From Solirubrobacteraceae bacterium (GTDB taxonomy: Bacteria; Actinomycetota; Thermoleophilia; Solirubrobacterales; Solirubrobacteraceae), in NCBI GenBank assembly GCA_034664395.1, contig JAXDHQ010000015.1, positions 705 to 64,704 of the forward strand: DNA of 64,000 nt, given 5' to 3'. The notes beneath the pieces were generated by a model. It worked only from the letters and a program-made list of their open reading frames with translations. It was not told the DNA's origin and did not search any database. Shown piece after piece: positions 8,233-17,413 of this stretch (position 1 is its first letter; each line of letters starts with the position of its first letter). Both the position numbers and the translations under genes were made by a program.

Positions 8233-8499
8233 ATGGTTGCGCGTGACATCGTCCTCCCGGTCGACCCCGAGGAGGCCTGGGAGGCGCTGACCGACCCCGA
8301 GCTGCTCGAGCAGTGGCTCGGCGGCGAGCGCGAGGCGGTCCTCGAGGAGGCCGAGCCGGGCGAGCGCCTCGTGTTCTGGTGGTGGGAGGAGGGCGAGCCC
8401 GGGTCGCGCGTCGAGCTGCGACTCGTCCCGGTGGACGGCGGCACCCGGGTCTCGGTCACCGAGGCGCCGGTCGGGCCGTTCGCGCTCGCGACGGCATGA
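8233..8499 (+). CDS. Small SRPBCC/AHSA1-like domain protein
   Basis: ATG 8233 within ORF 8035..8499 (88 aa): MVARDIVLPVDPEEAWEALTDPELLEQWLG... ATGA overlap with the downstream ArsR gene, a common gene pairing. Confidence 0.7.
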   Translation: MVARDIVLPVDPEEAWEALTDPELLEQWLGGEREAVLEEAEPGERLVFWWWEEGEPGSRVELRLVPVDGGTRVSVTEAPVGPFALATA

Positions 8500-8822
8500 C
8501 GCCCGGCACCGATGTCTTCGCCGCGCTGGCCGACCCCACGCGCCGCACGGTCATGCACGAGGTCTCCACCCGCGGCAGCGCCACCGCCACCGAGCTCGCC
8601 ACGCCGCTGGGCGTCACGCGCCAGGCGGTGGCCAAGCACCTCGGCGTGCTCGCCGACGCCGGGCTCGTCGACGCCCGCCGCGAGGGCCGCGAGACCCGCT
8701 ACCGCCCCACCCCGGCGCCGCTGGGCGAGGCGATCTCCTGGATGGCCCAGGTCGGCGGCGCCTGGGACGACCGACTGGCCGCGCTGGAGCGCCAGGTGGC
8801 TCGCAGGCGCGCTCGCGGGTAG
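8496..8822 (+). CDS. ArsR/SmtB-family winged-helix transcriptional regulator
   Basis: ATG 8496 within ORF 8313..8822: ..DVFAALADPTRRTVMHEV..ATELATPLGVTRQAVAKHLGVLADAGLV.. Confidence 0.85.
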   Translation: MTPGTDVFAALADPTRRTVMHEVSTRGSATATELATPLGVTRQAVAKHLGVLADAGLVDARREGRETRYRPTPAPLGEAISWMAQVGGAWDDRLAALERQVARRRARG

Positions 8823-8832
8823 ACCTCCACCC

Positions 8833-9216
8833 ATGAGCCTCTCTCCCAGCCCGAACGCCAGCGCCATCCACATCGAGGATCTGTCGGCCTGGCGCGGACA
8901 GGACGTCATCGACGAGCGCAGCGACAAGCTGGGCAAGCTCGAGGACGTGTACTACGACGGCGAGAGCGACGACCCCGCCTTCGCCGCGGTCAAGTCCGGG
9001 ACGCTGAGCAAGCGCGTGACCCTCGTCCCGCTCGCTGCCGCATCGGTGGGGCGCGACTACGTGCGCGTCCGCGCCGACAAGAACGCGTTCAAGGACGCGC
9101 CGAGCTTCGACCCCGACGCGCAGCTCTCGATCGACGACGAGGCGGCGGTCTACCGCCACTTCGCCATGGACTACGCGCCGACGGCCCAGGGGGGCCGCCG
9201 GCTGGCCAAGCGCTAG
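8833..9216 (+). CDS. PRC-barrel domain protein
   Basis: ATG 8833 within ORF 8512..9216 (127 aa): ..[39 protein letters not shown].., a typical PRC-barrel N-terminal pattern. Confidence 0.65.
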   Translation: MSLSPSPNASAIHIEDLSAWRGQDVIDERSDKLGKLEDVYYDGESDDPAFAAVKSGTLSKRVTLVPLAAASVGRDYVRVRADKNAFKDAPSFDPDAQLSIDDEAAVYRHFAMDYAPTAQGGRRLAKR

Positions 9217-11036
9217 CCCTCGTCCTGCAGGCGGCGCTCGAGCGCCGCGAGCTGGGCCTGGACCTCGTCCGGCAGGCGGTCGCCGAACATCGCCAGGTGC
9301 TCCTTGACCTGCGGGAGCTGGGCGCGCAGGTCCTGGGCGTCGACGGTGAGCAGCGCGTCGAGCGCGTCGTCGGAGATGTCGAGGCCGTCGGTGTAGAGGT
9401 CCGCGGGGGTGGGGACGAGGCCGATCGGCGTCTCGCGCGCCTCGCCCTCGCCCTCGCAGCGGCGGAAGACCCACTCCAGCACGCGCGAGTTCTCGCCGAA
9501 CCCGGGCCACAGGAAGTTGCCGTCGTCGTCCTTGCGGAACCAGTTGACGACGAAGATCTTCGGCAGCGCGCCCGGCTTGGCGCGGCGGCCGATCTCCAGC
9601 CAGTAGCCCATGTAGTCGGCCATGTTGTAGCCGCAGAAGGGCAGCATCGCGAACGGGTCGAAGCGCAGCTTGCCGACCTGCCCGGCGGCGGCCGCGGTCG
9701 TCTCCGAGCTCATCGTGGCTCCGAGGAAGACGCCGTGCTCCCAGTCGAACGCCTCGTGCACGAGCGGGATGACGGTCGAGCGCCGTCCGCCGAAGAGCAT
9801 GGCGTCGATCGGCACGCCGGCCGGGTCCTCCCACTCCGGCGCGATCGCCGGGTCCTGCGCGGCGGGCGTGGTGAAGCGGGCGTTGGGATGGGCGGCGGGC
9901 GAGTCGGACTCCGCCGTCCAGTCCTCGCCGTGCCAGTCGATGGCGTGCGCCGGCGGCTGCTTGGTCATCCCCTCCCACCACACGTCGCCGTCGTCGGTGA
10001 GGGCGCAGTTGGTGAAGACGGAGTTGGACTCGATCGTGCGCATCGCGTTGGGGTTGGTGGCCTCCCCCGTCCCCGGCGCGACGCCGAAGAAGCCGGCCTC
10101 GGGGTTGATCGCGTACAGGCGCCCGTCCTCGCCGAACTTCATCCACGCGATGTCGTCGCCGATCGTCTCGACCGTCCAGTCGTCGAGCGTCGGGATGAGC
10201 ATGGCGAGGTTGGTCTTGCCGCAGGCGCTGGGGAAGGCGCCGGTGAGGTACTTCACGCGGCCGTCGGGCGAGGTGAGCTTGAGGATGAGCATGTGCTCGG
10301 CCATCCAGCCCTCGTCGCGGGCCATGACCGAGGCGATCCGCAGGGCGAAGCACTTCTTGCCCAGCAGGGCGTTGCCGCCGTAGCCCGAGCCGTAGGACCA
10401 GATCTCGCGGGTCTCGGGGAAGTGGACGATGTACTTGTTGTCGGCGTTGCACGGCCACGGGACGTCCTGGACCCCGTCGGTGAGCGGCATGCCGACCGAG
10501 TGCAGGCAGGGCACGAACTCGCCGTCGGCGCCGAGGACGTCGAGCGCGCGCGTGCCCATCCGGGTCATGATCCGCATCGAGACCGCGACGTAGGCCGAGT
10601 CGGTGCACTGCACCCCGATGTGGCTCTTGTCCGACCCGAGCGGGCCCATCGAGAACGGCACCACGTACATCGTGCGCCCGCGCATGCAGCCGCGGAACAG
10701 GCCGTCGAGGTGCTCGCGCATCTCGCCCGGCTCGCGCCAGTTGTTCGTCGGGCCGGCGTCCTCCTCGCGCTCGGAGCAGATGAAGGTCCGGTCCTCGACC
10801 CGGGCGACGTCGCCGGGGTCGGAGAGCGCGAGGTAGGAGTTGGGCCGCTTGGCCTCCGACAGCCGCTGGAACGTGCCCGCGTCGACGAGCTGCTGGGCGA
10901 GCTGGTCGTACTCGTCCGCCGTCCCGTCGCACCAGTGCACCGCCGCCGGCTCGGTGAGCGCCGCTACGTCCTCGACCCAGGCGAGCAGCTTCGCGTGCTT
11001 GGTCGGGACGGTCGCTTGGCTCACGGGATGCGTCAA
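9213..11036 (-). CDS. pckG: Phosphoenolpyruvate carboxykinase (GTP)
   Basis: 607-aa ORF with TTG 11036 (alternative GTG 11024). Motifs ..[17 protein letters not shown].. and ..[13 protein letters not shown].. of GTP-dependent PEPCK. Confidence 0.95.
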   Translation of the reverse strand: MTHPVSQATVPTKHAKLLAWVEDVAALTEPAAVHWCDGTADEYDQLAQQLVDAGTFQRLSEAKRPNSYLALSDPGDVARVEDRTFICSEREEDAGPTNNWREPGEMREHLDGLFRGCMRGRTMYVVPFSMGPLGSDKSHIGVQCTDSAYVAVSMRIMTRMGTRALDVLGADGEFVPCLHSVGMPLTDGVQDVPWPCNADNKYIVHFPETREIWSYGSGYGGNALLGKKCFALRIASVMARDEGWMAEHMLILKLTSPDGRVKYLTGAFPSACGKTNLAMLIPTLDDWTVETIGDDIAWMKFGEDGRLYAINPEAGFFGVAPGTGEATNPNAMRTIESNSVFTNCALTDDGDVWWEGMTKQPPAHAIDWHGEDWTAESDSPAAHPNARFTTPAAQDPAIAPEWEDPAGVPIDAMLFGGRRSTVIPLVHEAFDWEHGVFLGATMSSETTAAAAGQVGKLRFDPFAMLPFCGYNMADYMGYWLEIGRRAKPGALPKIFVVNWFRKDDDGNFLWPGFGENSRVLEWVFRRCEGEGEARETPIGLVPTPADLYTDGLDISDDALDALLTVDAQDLRAQLPQVKEHLAMFGDRLPDEVQAQLAALERRLQDEG

Positions 11037-11087
11037 CTCCTCTGGGGTTCTTCAGGAAAGGGCGGCATTCTGTCGTACGGAATCCTG

Positions 11088-11120
11088 CGGCGCGGCGCGC
11101 CGCGTGCGGCCCGGGGCCGC
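11088..11120 (-). terminator. GC-rich palindromes immediately downstream of the MaoC-like gene (possible U-tail-less terminator)
   Basis: CGCGGCGCGCCGCG (11091-11104) is a perfect palindrome. GCGGCCC-G-GGGCCGC (11106-20) abuts the stop codon at 11121. No T-run follows. Confidence 0.3.
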
Positions 11121-11681
11121 CTACTCGACGTTACCCTCAGCCGCGTCGGTCGACGACGTCCCGCCCGCCTGGCGCCGGGGCACCAGCACGAGGCGCTTGA
11201 ACTCGGCCACCAGCACGCCGTCCTGGTTGTGGACGCGGGTGTGCACCCTGACCGTCCCGCGGTCGGGCTTGGACTGCGACTCGCGCTTCTCGAGCACCTC
11301 GGACTCGACGAACAGCGTGTCGCCGTGGAAGACTGGGGCCGGGTGCTTGAGCTCGTCGGTGGCGAGGTTGGCGATGGCCTTGCCCGAGACGTCGGAGACG
11401 CTCATGCCCAGGGCGAGCGAGTAGACCAGCGGGCCGACGACGACGTTGCGACCCTGCTGCGACCGCGACGCGTACACGTCGTTGATGTGCAGCGGGTGGT
11501 GGTTCATCGTGATGAGGCAGAAGAGGTGGTCGTCGGCCTCGGTCACCGTCTTGGCCGGCCAGTGCTTGTAGACCGCGCCGACGTCGAACTCCTCGAGGTA
11601 GCGGCCGTAGGCGTGGGCCCCGGAGGCCTCGCGTGCCGCCTGGTCGGTCTCGATCGCGGCCGTACCGGTCGTGTCGGACAT
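11121..11681 (-). CDS. MaoC-like (R)-specific enoyl-CoA hydratase/dehydratase, single hot-dog domain
   Basis: ATG 11681 is preceded by AAGGGAG (186 aa). ..FCLITMNHHPLHINDVYA..GPLVYSLALG.. is a typical MaoC dehydratase pattern. Confidence 0.8.
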   Translation of the reverse strand: MSDTTGTAAIETDQAAREASGAHAYGRYLEEFDVGAVYKHWPAKTVTEADDHLFCLITMNHHPLHINDVYASRSQQGRNVVVGPLVYSLALGMSVSDVSGKAIANLATDELKHPAPVFHGDTLFVESEVLEKRESQSKPDRGTVRVHTRVHNQDGVLVAEFKRLVLVPRRQAGGTSSTDAAEGNVE

Positions 11682-11758
11682 GCTTCGCTCCCTTGGTCCT
11701 GTCTGGGGGCGGGAGTCAATCACGCCCGCGGCGGCGAGGCCGTCCGCCGCGCCCGCCG

Positions 11759-11776
11759 GTTGACTCGGCAGTCAAC
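11759..11776. promoter_or_regulatory. Palindromic site GTTGAC-TCGGCA-GTCAAC in the MaoC/Mcl divergent gap
   Basis: Perfect 6+6 (7+7 with the flanking T/A) inverted repeat, ending 12 nt before ATG 11789. It has the same TTGAC-N6-GTCAA architecture as 14113-14130. TAAGGT (11777-11782) could be a -10 box for a leaderless transcript. Confidence 0.5.
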
Positions 11777-11788
11777 TAAGGTCCGGCG

Positions 11789-12853
11789 ATGCGCAACCCC
11801 CGCGACTTCCTCAAGCCGCTGGCCATCGGGGCGCCGGCGCCGCTGACCGAGATCCAGGTCACGCCCGCCCGGATGATCCACTTCCTGGACTTCTCCAACG
11901 AGAAGATGGTGGCCAAGGCCGCCGACATCGCCACGAAGACCGACATCCTGCTCGGCAACCTCGAGGACGCCGTGCCGGTCGACCGCAAGGAGGCCGCGCG
12001 CGAGGGGCTCATCCGCGTCGGGCGCGAGATGGACCTCGGCTCGACGGCGCTGTGGACGCGGGTCAACGCGCTCGAGTCGCCGTGGGTGCTCGACGACCTC
12101 ACCCGGATCGTGAGCGAGATCGGCGACCGACTCGACGTGATCATGGTGCCCAAGGTCGAGGGCCCGTGGGACATCCACTACGTCGACCGCCTGCTGGCCC
12201 AGCTCGAGGCCCGCGCCGGCCTGGAGCGCCCGATCCTCGTGCACGCGATCCTCGAGACCGCGCAGGGCGTGACCAACCTCGAGGAGATCGCCGCCGCCAG
12301 CCCGCGCATGCAGGGCATGAGCTTCGGCCCGGCCGACCTCGCCGCGTCGCGGCGGATGAAGACGACCCGCGTCGGCGGCGGCCACCCCGGCTATCGCGTG
12401 ATCGAGGACCCCGACCCCACCGACCCCGAGGCGCCGCGCGCCAGCGCCCAGCAGGACCCGTGGCACTACTCGCTCGCCCGCATGGTCGACGCCTGCGCGG
12501 CCGTCGGGATCCTGCCCTTCTACGGCCCCTACGGCGACATCAAGGACGTCCTCGGCTGCGAGACGCAGTTCCGCGCCGCCTTCCTGCTCGGCTGCGTCGG
12601 CGCCTGGTCGCTGCACCCGGTCCAGATCGAGATCGCCAAGAAGGTCTTCTCCCCCGATCCCGACGAGGTGATCTTCGCCAAGAAGGTCATCGAGGCCATC
12701 CCGGACGGGCGCGGAGTCCACATGATCGACGGCAAGATGCAGGACGACGCCACCTGGAAGCAGTGCCGCGTGATGGTCGACCTGGCGGAGATGCTCGCGG
12801 CGAAGGACCTGGAGCTGGCGGAGGCCTACGGGTTCACCGGCGCGGCGGCGTAG
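11789..12853 (+). CDS. Malyl-CoA/beta-methylmalyl-CoA/citramalyl-CoA lyase-type enzyme (Mcl-like, HpcH/CitE superfamily)
   Basis: 354 aa: ..[75 protein letters not shown].. Length and motifs fit the long Mcl-type lyases rather than the short CitE. Confidence 0.75.
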   Translation: MRNPRDFLKPLAIGAPAPLTEIQVTPARMIHFLDFSNEKMVAKAADIATKTDILLGNLEDAVPVDRKEAAREGLIRVGREMDLGSTALWTRVNALESPWVLDDLTRIVSEIGDRLDVIMVPKVEGPWDIHYVDRLLAQLEARAGLERPILVHAILETAQGVTNLEEIAAASPRMQGMSFGPADLAASRRMKTTRVGGGHPGYRVIEDPDPTDPEAPRASAQQDPWHYSLARMVDACAAVGILPFYGPYGDIKDVLGCETQFRAAFLLGCVGAWSLHPVQIEIAKKVFSPDPDEVIFAKKVIEAIPDGRGVHMIDGKMQDDATWKQCRVMVDLAEMLAAKDLELAEAYGFTGAAA

Positions 12854-12928
12854 CCGCGCCGCGCGGCGGCTCGCCGGGGGACACGATCGATCCTGGTCGC
12901 GCGGCTTGTCCGGTGATTCGATCTCCGG

Positions 12929-14083
12929 GTGCTCGTCGCGTTCGACCCGCTCGTCCAGGACGAGCCCTACGACGCCTACCGCGTCCTGCGCGACCGCTTC
13001 CCGGTCTACCGCAACGACGCCCGCGACTTCTGGGCGCTGAGCCGGTTCGACGACGTGCAGGCGGCTGCGCGCGAGTGGACGCGCTGGTCGAGCGCCGAGG
13101 GCGTCAACCTCGACGACACGCTGTCGCTGACCGGCGCGGGCAACTTCATCGCCGCCGACCCGCCCGACCACGACCGCCTGCGACGGGTCGTCCGCGGGCG
13201 CTTCACGCCCGCGACCGTGACGGCGATGGAGCCCGAGATCCGGGCCGACGTCCGCCACACCCTGAGCGCCGCCGCCGCCGACGGCGGCTTCGACGCCGCG
13301 GCGCTGCTGGCCTGGGCGATCCCGGTGCGCACGATCTCGCGGCTGCTCGGCCTGCCGCTGGAGGACGAGCCCGCGCTCGGCGCATGGCTGCGGGCCGCCA
13401 TCCGTCGCGACCCCGAGCGGGATCGCCTGCCGGCCGGCGCCCGCGCCGCGGCCGGCGACCTGCGCTCGTACTTCGATCTCCACGTCGCCCGGCGCCGGGA
13501 CGCCCCCGGCGACGACCTGCTCTCCGACGTCGTCGCCGCCGCGGGACGCGGCGAGCTCGACGGCGAGGAGATCGTCGGCCTCTGCATCCTGCTCTACATC
13601 GCCGGAACCGAGACGGTGGCCGACTTCATCGGCAATGCGCTCGTCGTCCTCGCCGAGCACCCCGACCAGCGAGCGCTGCTCGCCGCCGAGCCGGGCCGCG
13701 CGCCCGCCGCGGTCGAGGAGCTGCTGCGCTTCGAGTCGCCGGTGCAGTACCAGGTGCGCACGGCCACCGCGGACCGCGAGCTGCACGGCGTCACGGTCCC
13801 GCGCGGTGCGCGCGTCGCGCTGCTCTGGGGCGCCGCCAACCGCGACGAGCGACGCTGGGCCCGCCCCGACGAGCTCGACGTCACCCGCGAGGCGCGGCGC
13901 CACCTCGCCTTCGGCGAGGGCATCCACCACTGCCTCGGAGCGCCGCTGGCGCGGCTGCAGGGCCGCATCGTGCTCGAGGAGGTCCTGCGGGCCATGCCGG
14001 GCTACCGGCTCGACGGTCCGGTGGTGCGCATCGCGACGCACAACACGCGGGGCGTGGCGCGGCTGCCGCTCGCGATCGCCTGA
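12929..14083 (+). CDS. Cytochrome P450
   Basis: GTG 12929, 384 aa. ExxR motif (EELLRFE) and heme-thiolate loop FGEGIHHCLGAPLA. Confidence 0.92.
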   Translation: MLVAFDPLVQDEPYDAYRVLRDRFPVYRNDARDFWALSRFDDVQAAAREWTRWSSAEGVNLDDTLSLTGAGNFIAADPPDHDRLRRVVRGRFTPATVTAMEPEIRADVRHTLSAAAADGGFDAAALLAWAIPVRTISRLLGLPLEDEPALGAWLRAAIRRDPERDRLPAGARAAAGDLRSYFDLHVARRRDAPGDDLLSDVVAAAGRGELDGEEIVGLCILLYIAGTETVADFIGNALVVLAEHPDQRALLAAEPGRAPAAVEELLRFESPVQYQVRTATADRELHGVTVPRGARVALLWGAANRDERRWARPDELDVTREARRHLAFGEGIHHCLGAPLARLQGRIVLEEVLRAMPGYRLDGPVVRIATHNTRGVARLPLAIA

Positions 14084-14112
14084 CGGGCCGCCGAGCCGGG
14101 CGCCGCGACAGC

Positions 14113-14130
14113 ATTGACTGAACGGTCAAT
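14113..14130. promoter_or_regulatory. Palindromic site ATTGAC-TGAACG-GTCAAT upstream of the SucC-like gene
   Basis: Perfect 6+6 inverted repeat with the same spacing as 11759-11776, ending 21 nt before ATG 14152. TTGAC may also serve as a -35 for TAGGGT (14135-14140). Confidence 0.45.
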
Positions 14131-14151
14131 CGCATAGGGTTCCGCGAACCC

Positions 14152-15366
14152 ATGAGGTTCTTCGAGTACGAGGCGCGGGAGATCGTCAAGCGCGCGGGCA
14201 TCCCCGTCACCGAGTTCGGCTTCGCGACGACGCCGCAGGAGGCCCACGAGGTCGCCGCCCGGATCGGCGGACCGGTCGTCATCAAGTCCCAGGTCCTGAC
14301 CGGGGGCCGGATGAAGGCGGGCGGCGTGCAGTTCGCCGACACGCCCGACGAGGCCGCCGAGAAGGCCGAGCACGTCCTCGGCCTGGAGATCAACGGCCAC
14401 GTGCCCCGCGGCGTGCTGGTCGATCCCAAGGCCACGGTGAAGCAGGAGTACTACGCCGGCGTCGTCTGGGACGGCACCCGCAAGCGGCCGGTGATGCTCT
14501 TCAGCGACATGGGCGGCATCGACATCGAGGAGGTCGCCGCCAGCCATCCCGACCACGTCGGGCGCGGGCACGTCTCCAACCTCCTGCCGCTGAGCGAGTT
14601 CCAGGCCAAGCAGGTCATCGCCTCGGTCGGGATCACCGGCTCGCGGCTGAACCGGCTCGTGCCGATCCTCACCCGACTGGCGCGCCTGTTCGCCGAGCAC
14701 GACATGACGCTCGCCGAGATCAACCCCCTCGTCGAGCTCGAGGACGGCTCGTTCGTCGCCCTCGACGCGCACATGGAGATGGAGAACGAGGCGCGGGGCC
14801 GCCAGCACGAGCTCCTGGCCGACCTCGGCGTCGGCGAGGAGGAGACGCGCCAGGCCCGCGAGGCCACCCCGTTCGAGCTGGCCGGCGAGGAGGTCGACAG
14901 CACCGACCACCGCGGCGTGGCCGGCAACGTCACCGAGTTCGACGGAGACCTCGGCCTCGTCATCGGCGCCGGCGGCGGCTCGCTCACGCTGTTCGACGCG
15001 GTCCGCGCGCACGGTGGCCGGCCCGCCAACTACTGCGAGATCGGCGGCAACCCGAGCGTCAGCAAGACGTGCGGGCTGGCCAAGCTCGTCCTGCAGAAGC
15101 CGGGCGTGGACAAGATCGCGGTGATGATGTCGATCGTCTCCAACACCCGCGTGGACATCGTCGCCCGGGGCGTGATCAAGGCGTGCCTGGAGCTCGGCTA
15201 CGACCCGGCCGAGAAGATCTCGATCTTCCGCATCCCCGGGGCGTGGGAGGAGGAGGGCTTCAAGATCCTCGAGCGCTACGGCGTCCGCTACGCCGACCGC
15301 TCGGTGTCGATGCACGAGGCGGCGCGGATGGCCGTGCACGGCGCCGCGGAGGTGACCCCCCGATGA
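14152..15366 (+). CDS. Dicarboxylate-CoA ligase (NDP-forming), beta subunit, SucC/MtkA-like ATP-grasp
   Basis: 404 aa: MRFFEYEAREIVKRAGIPV..VVIKSQVLTGGRMKAGGVQF.. is an ATP-grasp N-terminus like the succinyl-CoA synthetase or malate thiokinase beta subunit. Confidence 0.8.
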   Translation: MRFFEYEAREIVKRAGIPVTEFGFATTPQEAHEVAARIGGPVVIKSQVLTGGRMKAGGVQFADTPDEAAEKAEHVLGLEINGHVPRGVLVDPKATVKQEYYAGVVWDGTRKRPVMLFSDMGGIDIEEVAASHPDHVGRGHVSNLLPLSEFQAKQVIASVGITGSRLNRLVPILTRLARLFAEHDMTLAEINPLVELEDGSFVALDAHMEMENEARGRQHELLADLGVGEEETRQAREATPFELAGEEVDSTDHRGVAGNVTEFDGDLGLVIGAGGGSLTLFDAVRAHGGRPANYCEIGGNPSVSKTCGLAKLVLQKPGVDKIAVMMSIVSNTRVDIVARGVIKACLELGYDPAEKISIFRIPGAWEEEGFKILERYGVRYADRSVSMHEAARMAVHGAAEVTPR

Positions 15367-16286
15367 GCATCCTCGTCGACGAGACCACCACCTTCATCGT
15401 CCAGGGCATCACCGGGCGCGAGGCGGTCAACCTCACGCGCGAGTGCCTGGACTACGGCAAGGGCGCGCGGATCGTGGGCGGCGTCACGCCCGGGCGCAAG
15501 GGCCGCGAGGTGCACGGCGTGCCGGTGTTCGACAGCGTCGACCAGGCCGTCGCCCACCACGGCGCGCCGATCGACGGCGCGGTCGTCACCGTCCCCCCCG
15601 CCTTCACCAAGGACGCCGTCTTCGAGGCGATCGAGAACGCCATCAAGCTCATCGTGATCGTCACCGAGCGCATCCCGCGCCGCGACGTGGCCGAGATGGT
15701 CGAGCTCGCCGCGCTGCGCGGCGCGCGCATCATCGGGCCCAACTGCCTGGGGATCATCGTGCCGGACGTCATCAAGATGGGCGGCATCGGCGGCCCCGCT
15801 CGCGACGCGGCCAAGGCCTACACCCGCGGGCCGATCGGCGTCATCTCCCGCTCGGGCGGCATGACGACCGAGATGTCGTCCACGCTCAGCGCCGCCGGGC
15901 TGGGCCAGTCGACGGCGGTGTCGATCGGCGGCGACGCGATCATCGGCTCGTCCTACGCCGAGCTGATGCCGCTGTTCGAGGCCGACGAGGAGACCGAGGG
16001 CATCGTCATCTACACCGAGCCGGGGGGACGCATGGAGGCCGAGCTCGCCCGCTGGGTGACCGAGAACGACTCGCGGCTGCCGATCGTCGCCTTCATGGCC
16101 GGGCGCTTCATGGACGAGATGCCGGGCATGAGCTTCGGCCACGCCGGGACGATCGTCGAGGGCAAGGAGGACACGGCCGCCGAGAAGATCGCCCGCCTCG
16201 CCGAGGCGGGGATCACGGTCGCCGAGGAGATCTCCCAGATCCCGGAGATCATGCGTGACCGCCTGGCCGCCCGGAGCGCGGCATGA
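15363..16286 (+). CDS. Dicarboxylate-CoA ligase (NDP-forming), alpha subunit, SucD/MtkB-like
   Basis: ATG 15363 (ATGA overlap) within ORF 15069..16286. CoA-binding ..VQGITGREA.., ..SRSGGMTTE.. and phosphohistidine loop ..MSFGHAGTIVEG.. Confidence 0.85.
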   Translation: MSILVDETTTFIVQGITGREAVNLTRECLDYGKGARIVGGVTPGRKGREVHGVPVFDSVDQAVAHHGAPIDGAVVTVPPAFTKDAVFEAIENAIKLIVIVTERIPRRDVAEMVELAALRGARIIGPNCLGIIVPDVIKMGGIGGPARDAAKAYTRGPIGVISRSGGMTTEMSSTLSAAGLGQSTAVSIGGDAIIGSSYAELMPLFEADEETEGIVIYTEPGGRMEAELARWVTENDSRLPIVAFMAGRFMDEMPGMSFGHAGTIVEGKEDTAAEKIARLAEAGITVAEEISQIPEIMRDRLAARSAA

Positions 16287-16531
16287 GGGCCGACGCGATC
16301 TTCATCGGCGTCGAGGTCGACGACGCCGCGGCCGCCGACCGGGCCCTCGCCGCCAAGCTGACCGAGGTCTGCCCGGTCGACATCTACGCCGTGGCCGACC
16401 ACCACCTCGCGATCGTCGAGGACAACCTCGACGAGTGCGTGCTGTGTGGGCTGTGTCTCGACGCCGCGCCCGCGGGCGCGGTGCGCGTGCTCAAGCTCTA
16501 CGACGAGGGCGCGCCGCTGGCCCGCCGATAG
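16283..16531 (+). CDS. Small ferredoxin-like protein, probably one [4Fe-4S] cluster (degenerate dicluster fold)
   Basis: 82 aa, ATGA overlap with the SucD-like gene. Only ..CP (C30) survives from the first Cys motif. The second motif is CVLCGLC but ends in AP instead of CP. Confidence 0.6.
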   Translation: MRADAIFIGVEVDDAAAADRALAAKLTEVCPVDIYAVADHHLAIVEDNLDECVLCGLCLDAAPAGAVRVLKLYDEGAPLARR

Positions 16532-16538
16532 CGGAGCG

Positions 16539-17291
16539 GTGCCCGAGCTTCCAGAGGCCGAGCGGGCCCGCGCCGCCATCGAGGCGGGTGCGCTCGGCAG
16601 GCGCATCGTCTCCGTCGACGACAGCGACACCTACATCTGCCGCCCGCACGGCCCGGGCGAGATCGCCGACGCGCTCGTCGGCCGCGAGCTGACCGCCGCC
16701 CACCGGCGCGGCAAGTCGATGTGGTGCGAGACCTCCGGCGACGGGCCGATCCTCGGGCTGCACCTCGGCATGGCGGGGCGCATCGCGATCGACGAGGACC
16801 CCGCCCCCGGGGCGTGGGACCGCTTCGTCGTGCGCTTCGAGGACGGCGGCACGCTGGCCCTGCGCGACAAGCGCCGGCTCAGCCGCGCGCGGCTGGAGCC
16901 CGACCTCGATCTCCTGGGCCCGGACGCGACCGAGATCGGGCGCGCCGAGCTGCACGCCCGCGTCGGGCGCGGCAGCGCGCCGGTGAAGGCGCGTCTGATG
17001 GACCAGTCGGTCGTGTCGGGCGTGGGCAACCTGCTCGCCGACGAGACGCTGTGGCGCGCCCGCCTGCACCCGCGGCGACCGGCCGGCGAGCTGACCGACG
17101 ACGAGCTCTACCGCCTGTGGCGGGAGCTGCGGGCCGCGATGCGCTCGGCGCTGCGCAAGGGCGGCGCCCACACGGGTCACATCATCGCCGCGCGCCAGGC
17201 CGGCGCGCGCTGTCCGCGGTGCGGCGCGGAGATGGCGCGCGGCAAGGTCGGCGGACGCACCACCTACTGGTGCCCGGCCGAGCAGACCTAG
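16539..17291 (+). CDS. Fpg/Nei-family DNA glycosylase / AP lyase
   Basis: GTG 16539 within ORF 16446..17291 gives the N-terminus (M)PELPEAE.. with catalytic Pro2/Glu3. H2TH region, and C-terminal zinc finger CPRCG..(17)..YWCP. Confidence 0.85.
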   Translation: MPELPEAERARAAIEAGALGRRIVSVDDSDTYICRPHGPGEIADALVGRELTAAHRRGKSMWCETSGDGPILGLHLGMAGRIAIDEDPAPGAWDRFVVRFEDGGTLALRDKRRLSRARLEPDLDLLGPDATEIGRAELHARVGRGSAPVKARLMDQSVVSGVGNLLADETLWRARLHPRRPAGELTDDELYRLWRELRAAMRSALRKGGAHTGHIIAARQAGARCPRCGAEMARGKVGGRTTYWCPAEQT

Positions 17292-17413
17292 CCGGCGATA
17301 CCCGACCCGGAATCGCCTGATCGGCGCGCGCCACGACGAAATGAACCGGAGCCCGGGCCGGCGTCGTACGCTATGAGAACGGCTACGTTCGGCGGACTCC
17401 CGGGAGGCGTCCC

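Noticed and set aside
11030-11036. A GTCAAC half-site at the pckG start, as a possible third member of the TTGAC-N6-GTCAA motif.
   Set aside because: There is no partner half-site at the required spacing. The hexamer is simply the TTG ACG start region of pckG read on the opposite strand.
17292-17413. A possible c-di-GMP or other riboswitch upstream of the GGDEF/HD-GYP gene.
   Set aside because: No recognisable conserved aptamer elements or convincing stems. The region is of ordinary length for a promoter plus leader.
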